A stretch of DNA of 62,876 bases from the NCBI RefSeq assembly GCF_016433145.1, contig NC_058134.1, forward strand, positions 286,810,073-286,872,948. Reading direction: 5' to 3'. The number at the start of each line of letters is the position of its first letter. Positions within the stretch are counted from its first letter, which is position 1. Of the stretch, positions 60,286-62,876 are shown piece after piece. A model generated the notes under the pieces. It did no database searches and was not told where the DNA came from. It saw only the letters and a program-made list of their open reading frames with translations. The position numbers and the translations under genes were made by a program. Source of the DNA: Gracilinanus agilis. Its lineage: Eukaryota.

Positions 60286-62744
60286 ATCGTATTTACCCAA
60301 AAATACGGCGCGGATCAATGCGCAGGGGCTTTTTTCCCCTGCTTTTTCCCCCTCTCCTACCCACCCCCCCTCCCGCCCTCAGCTGATCCCCGGGACCTGC
60401 GTTTTACCGAGGGGGGGAAAAACCTCTGGAAATAACGGGCCTCCCCCACCCCATTCTCTTCTCCAGGATAGCTCGCATCTCGTTAGAGATACCCCAGCAC
60501 TTCTTCAAGGCCACCCCCTAAGACGCCCTATCCCCCCATAATTTTTATCCAGGTGAAAAAATTTCACCACCTCCCCCAAATCCGTTAGTCCCAGTCCCCT
60601 GCCAGCTCCAGGCGGGGAATAAGGTGCCCTGAAGGGGGAGGAGATGGGAGAGGTAAGGCTGAGGAACTATTTCTTGACGTAATCTATCTCTGTCGGCTCC
60701 AATGCTCCCGCAGTCTGTGTGCGAGCAGAGATCAGGCGATTGTCAGTTCTTAACGTGGGGCTTAAAACATGTTTTTTTTTTTTTAATAGCATATACATCT
60801 GTGTCTATTTCAATATCTTCATCACTGTAGGAGAGAGTGAGGAGACCCAGGGAGATGGGACAGGAAGTAAGGGGGTCTTTTCCTAATCCGAACTGCACAC
60901 CCCAAAACTGTGACAGAGAAGAGGGGTACAGCAATGAAGGGGTGGTAGAAACTATGCATCCAGTTTTTTCAACCTTGATTGTGTAGCCTCGGAAATCCTT
61001 TCCTTTTACCATAGATAAAATAGGAGTCTTTATTTTTAATTTATTGTCTCTGTCTATTTATCTTTCTTTCCTAGCTTCAAGAAGTGAAGGAGAAGCCTAC
61101 ACAACTTGAGTGGATTCGCCTAATCCAGCATTTCTGTTCTGTTTTCTTTCTCCCCAACCTCCCCCCCCCCAAGAAAAGTCACTCTGTCTGTCTGCACAGA
61201 GAAGACAGAGATACACGAAGGAGAGAGCCCTTGGTCGTCGGCAAGTAGCTTGTTTTTACGTCCGTCAATAAAATTTTTATGAGGATCATTTGATTGTTCA
61301 TAAATGTGTCTTTCATTAAATAAAAGTGTAGGCTGTTTTTGGAACGAGAAAAAGGCAATGCTGTGTTGGGAGAAGGCAATTTCTTCAAGGGGTATAAACA
61401 GAAGTCAAGGAGAGGGGGTAATATGGTTTCGTGGGAAAGGTAGGCAGCTTTATTTACATCAAATGGACAAGTTGATTCTCCCCATTCCTCTTTCTCTTAT
61501 GATTTGATCTGTATGCTCATCTCCACTACCCCCATGACCCTTCTGCATGCTACTTCCTTGTATCTATTTGTCAGTGTGTCTGTCTTTCTGTTGGTCTGCC
61601 TGTAGAGAGAAATAGGTAAGGAGAAAGCTAGGCAAGCATAGAAAAATTCGATGTGTGGGGAGCCAGGGATGAAGGAAGAGAAGTCTGGGGCTGGAGTAGT
61701 GCCCCCAAGAGCAAGTCGGATCTGGCACAGAGAAAATGGTATAGAACGACTTAGGAGAAAAAGGAGGGTAACATTTCAGGGTCACGGTGGAGGAGACCCA
61801 GGATCTAATGGAGGGGGAGGGGAGGGGAGCAAAAGAGATTAAGTTTGAACAGAGATGGGAGGAGGATTCCCAAATCAGAGTAACATTTCACCCTATCTCT
61901 CCTCAGTCTCCCCCAGAATAGGACCAAATAAGGGAGGTGGATGATTTTCTTTTCTGTTGACCCCTCTCTGTTGGGAATGGCAGGAGCAAATATAACCAGA
62001 AGAGGGAAGGAGGGAGAAAGGGAAGACTGAGAAAGGGAGGAGAGAGAGACAGAGACAGAGACAGAGACAGAGACAGAGGGAGTTGGAGGAACACAAGAAA
62101 GTTACTGGGGACAAAGAAAGAAGAGAAGGGAAGATCTTAGAAGGAACCCCAGGTCTGTAGGCCCACTCCCTGCTACTCCGCCTTTCTCCTCCAATATGCC
62201 CCCAGTTCGAAGGAGTTCTCTATTTCGGTGGATCGGGGCTTGATTTTCGACGCATGGGGGGATAGAATGAGCTCTCACACTGGCTATGCGGCATAGTCCC
62301 TCAGTTCGAGCAGTGATCTCTCCGCTCTCGTTCCCTTCTCCTTCTTATGGGGTGATTAGAAATGAATCTCAATTAGAAAGGGGCGATGGCAGGGAGAGGG
62401 GAATCGGAAAATTTTCAGTAAGAAATATAAATATTCCTTTGCCCTTGGTGAAGTGTGGTGTTTAGCTGTCAATCAAAAATATCCACCGGCTAGTTCAAGG
62501 AAAAGACCAGATCCTGGCCCCTTAGGCAGCGGCTTCCTCAAAATTCCATGCTATCCAACAACTTCGCCCTGGCGATTGTCCCCAGCCTCGGTGGGGAGCA
62601 GGTCGACAGCCCTGGATCTGTCCCGAGTCTGGTGACAGCAAAGGGATATGAAAATGTCCTTTACAATGGGGGAGCTAGGAAGCAGCCACAGAGAGGGGGG
62701 CGGCCTGGGGACAGACTCAAAGACATAGGCAGGAATAAAGAGGG

Positions 62745-62834
62745 AGGAAAAGAAAAGAGGGAAAGAAGGAAGTGAGGGGAGAAGGAAGGGGTAAGAGGGA
62801 GAAAGAATAGAGAAGTGGGAGGAAGAGGGGGAAG

Positions 62835-62876
<42 letters not shown>
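62745..62876. repeat. Polypurine tract ending in (AG)n
   Basis: Read directly. Confidence 0.92.

Noticed and set aside
60300-62876. HOXC-AS1/AS2 antisense lncRNA exons
   Set aside because: Expected by position from human annotation, but no exon can be supported from sequence alone.

Overview
This is a 62.9 kb slice of a mammalian HOXC cluster, with all genes on the minus strand. Reading 5' to 3' along the genes (high to low coordinates) it holds HOXC9, HOXC8, the shared non-coding first exon used by HOXC6/HOXC5/HOXC4, then HOXC6 and HOXC5. HOXC4 should lie just beyond position 1, and HOXC10 and miR-196a-2 beyond position 62876. Splice sites were read directly. Summed exon lengths give 260, 242, 235 and 222 aa, the same as the human proteins as I recall them (HOXC5 requires an inferred start inside an N-run). 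Three SINE1_Mdo-like SINEs suggest a marsupial, probably a didelphid opossum. Recognisable regulatory elements are the Hoxc8 early enhancer, four miR-196 sites in the HOXC8 3'UTR, two co-oriented CTCF-like motifs and half of a probable Hox4 DR5 RARE. The most notable observations are: (1) a diverged miR-615-like hairpin in the HOXC5 intron, followed by a strong cryptic splice donor; (2) N-runs that look like exact-length masks over highly conserved segments rather than true gaps; (3) an untrimmed Nextera adapter; (4) start-proximal uORFs on HOXC8 and HOXC9; (5) recurrent paired Cdx/AbdB-type motifs. I found no evidence of a new protein-coding system. Comparisons to human or mouse sequence are from memory and need confirming by alignment.
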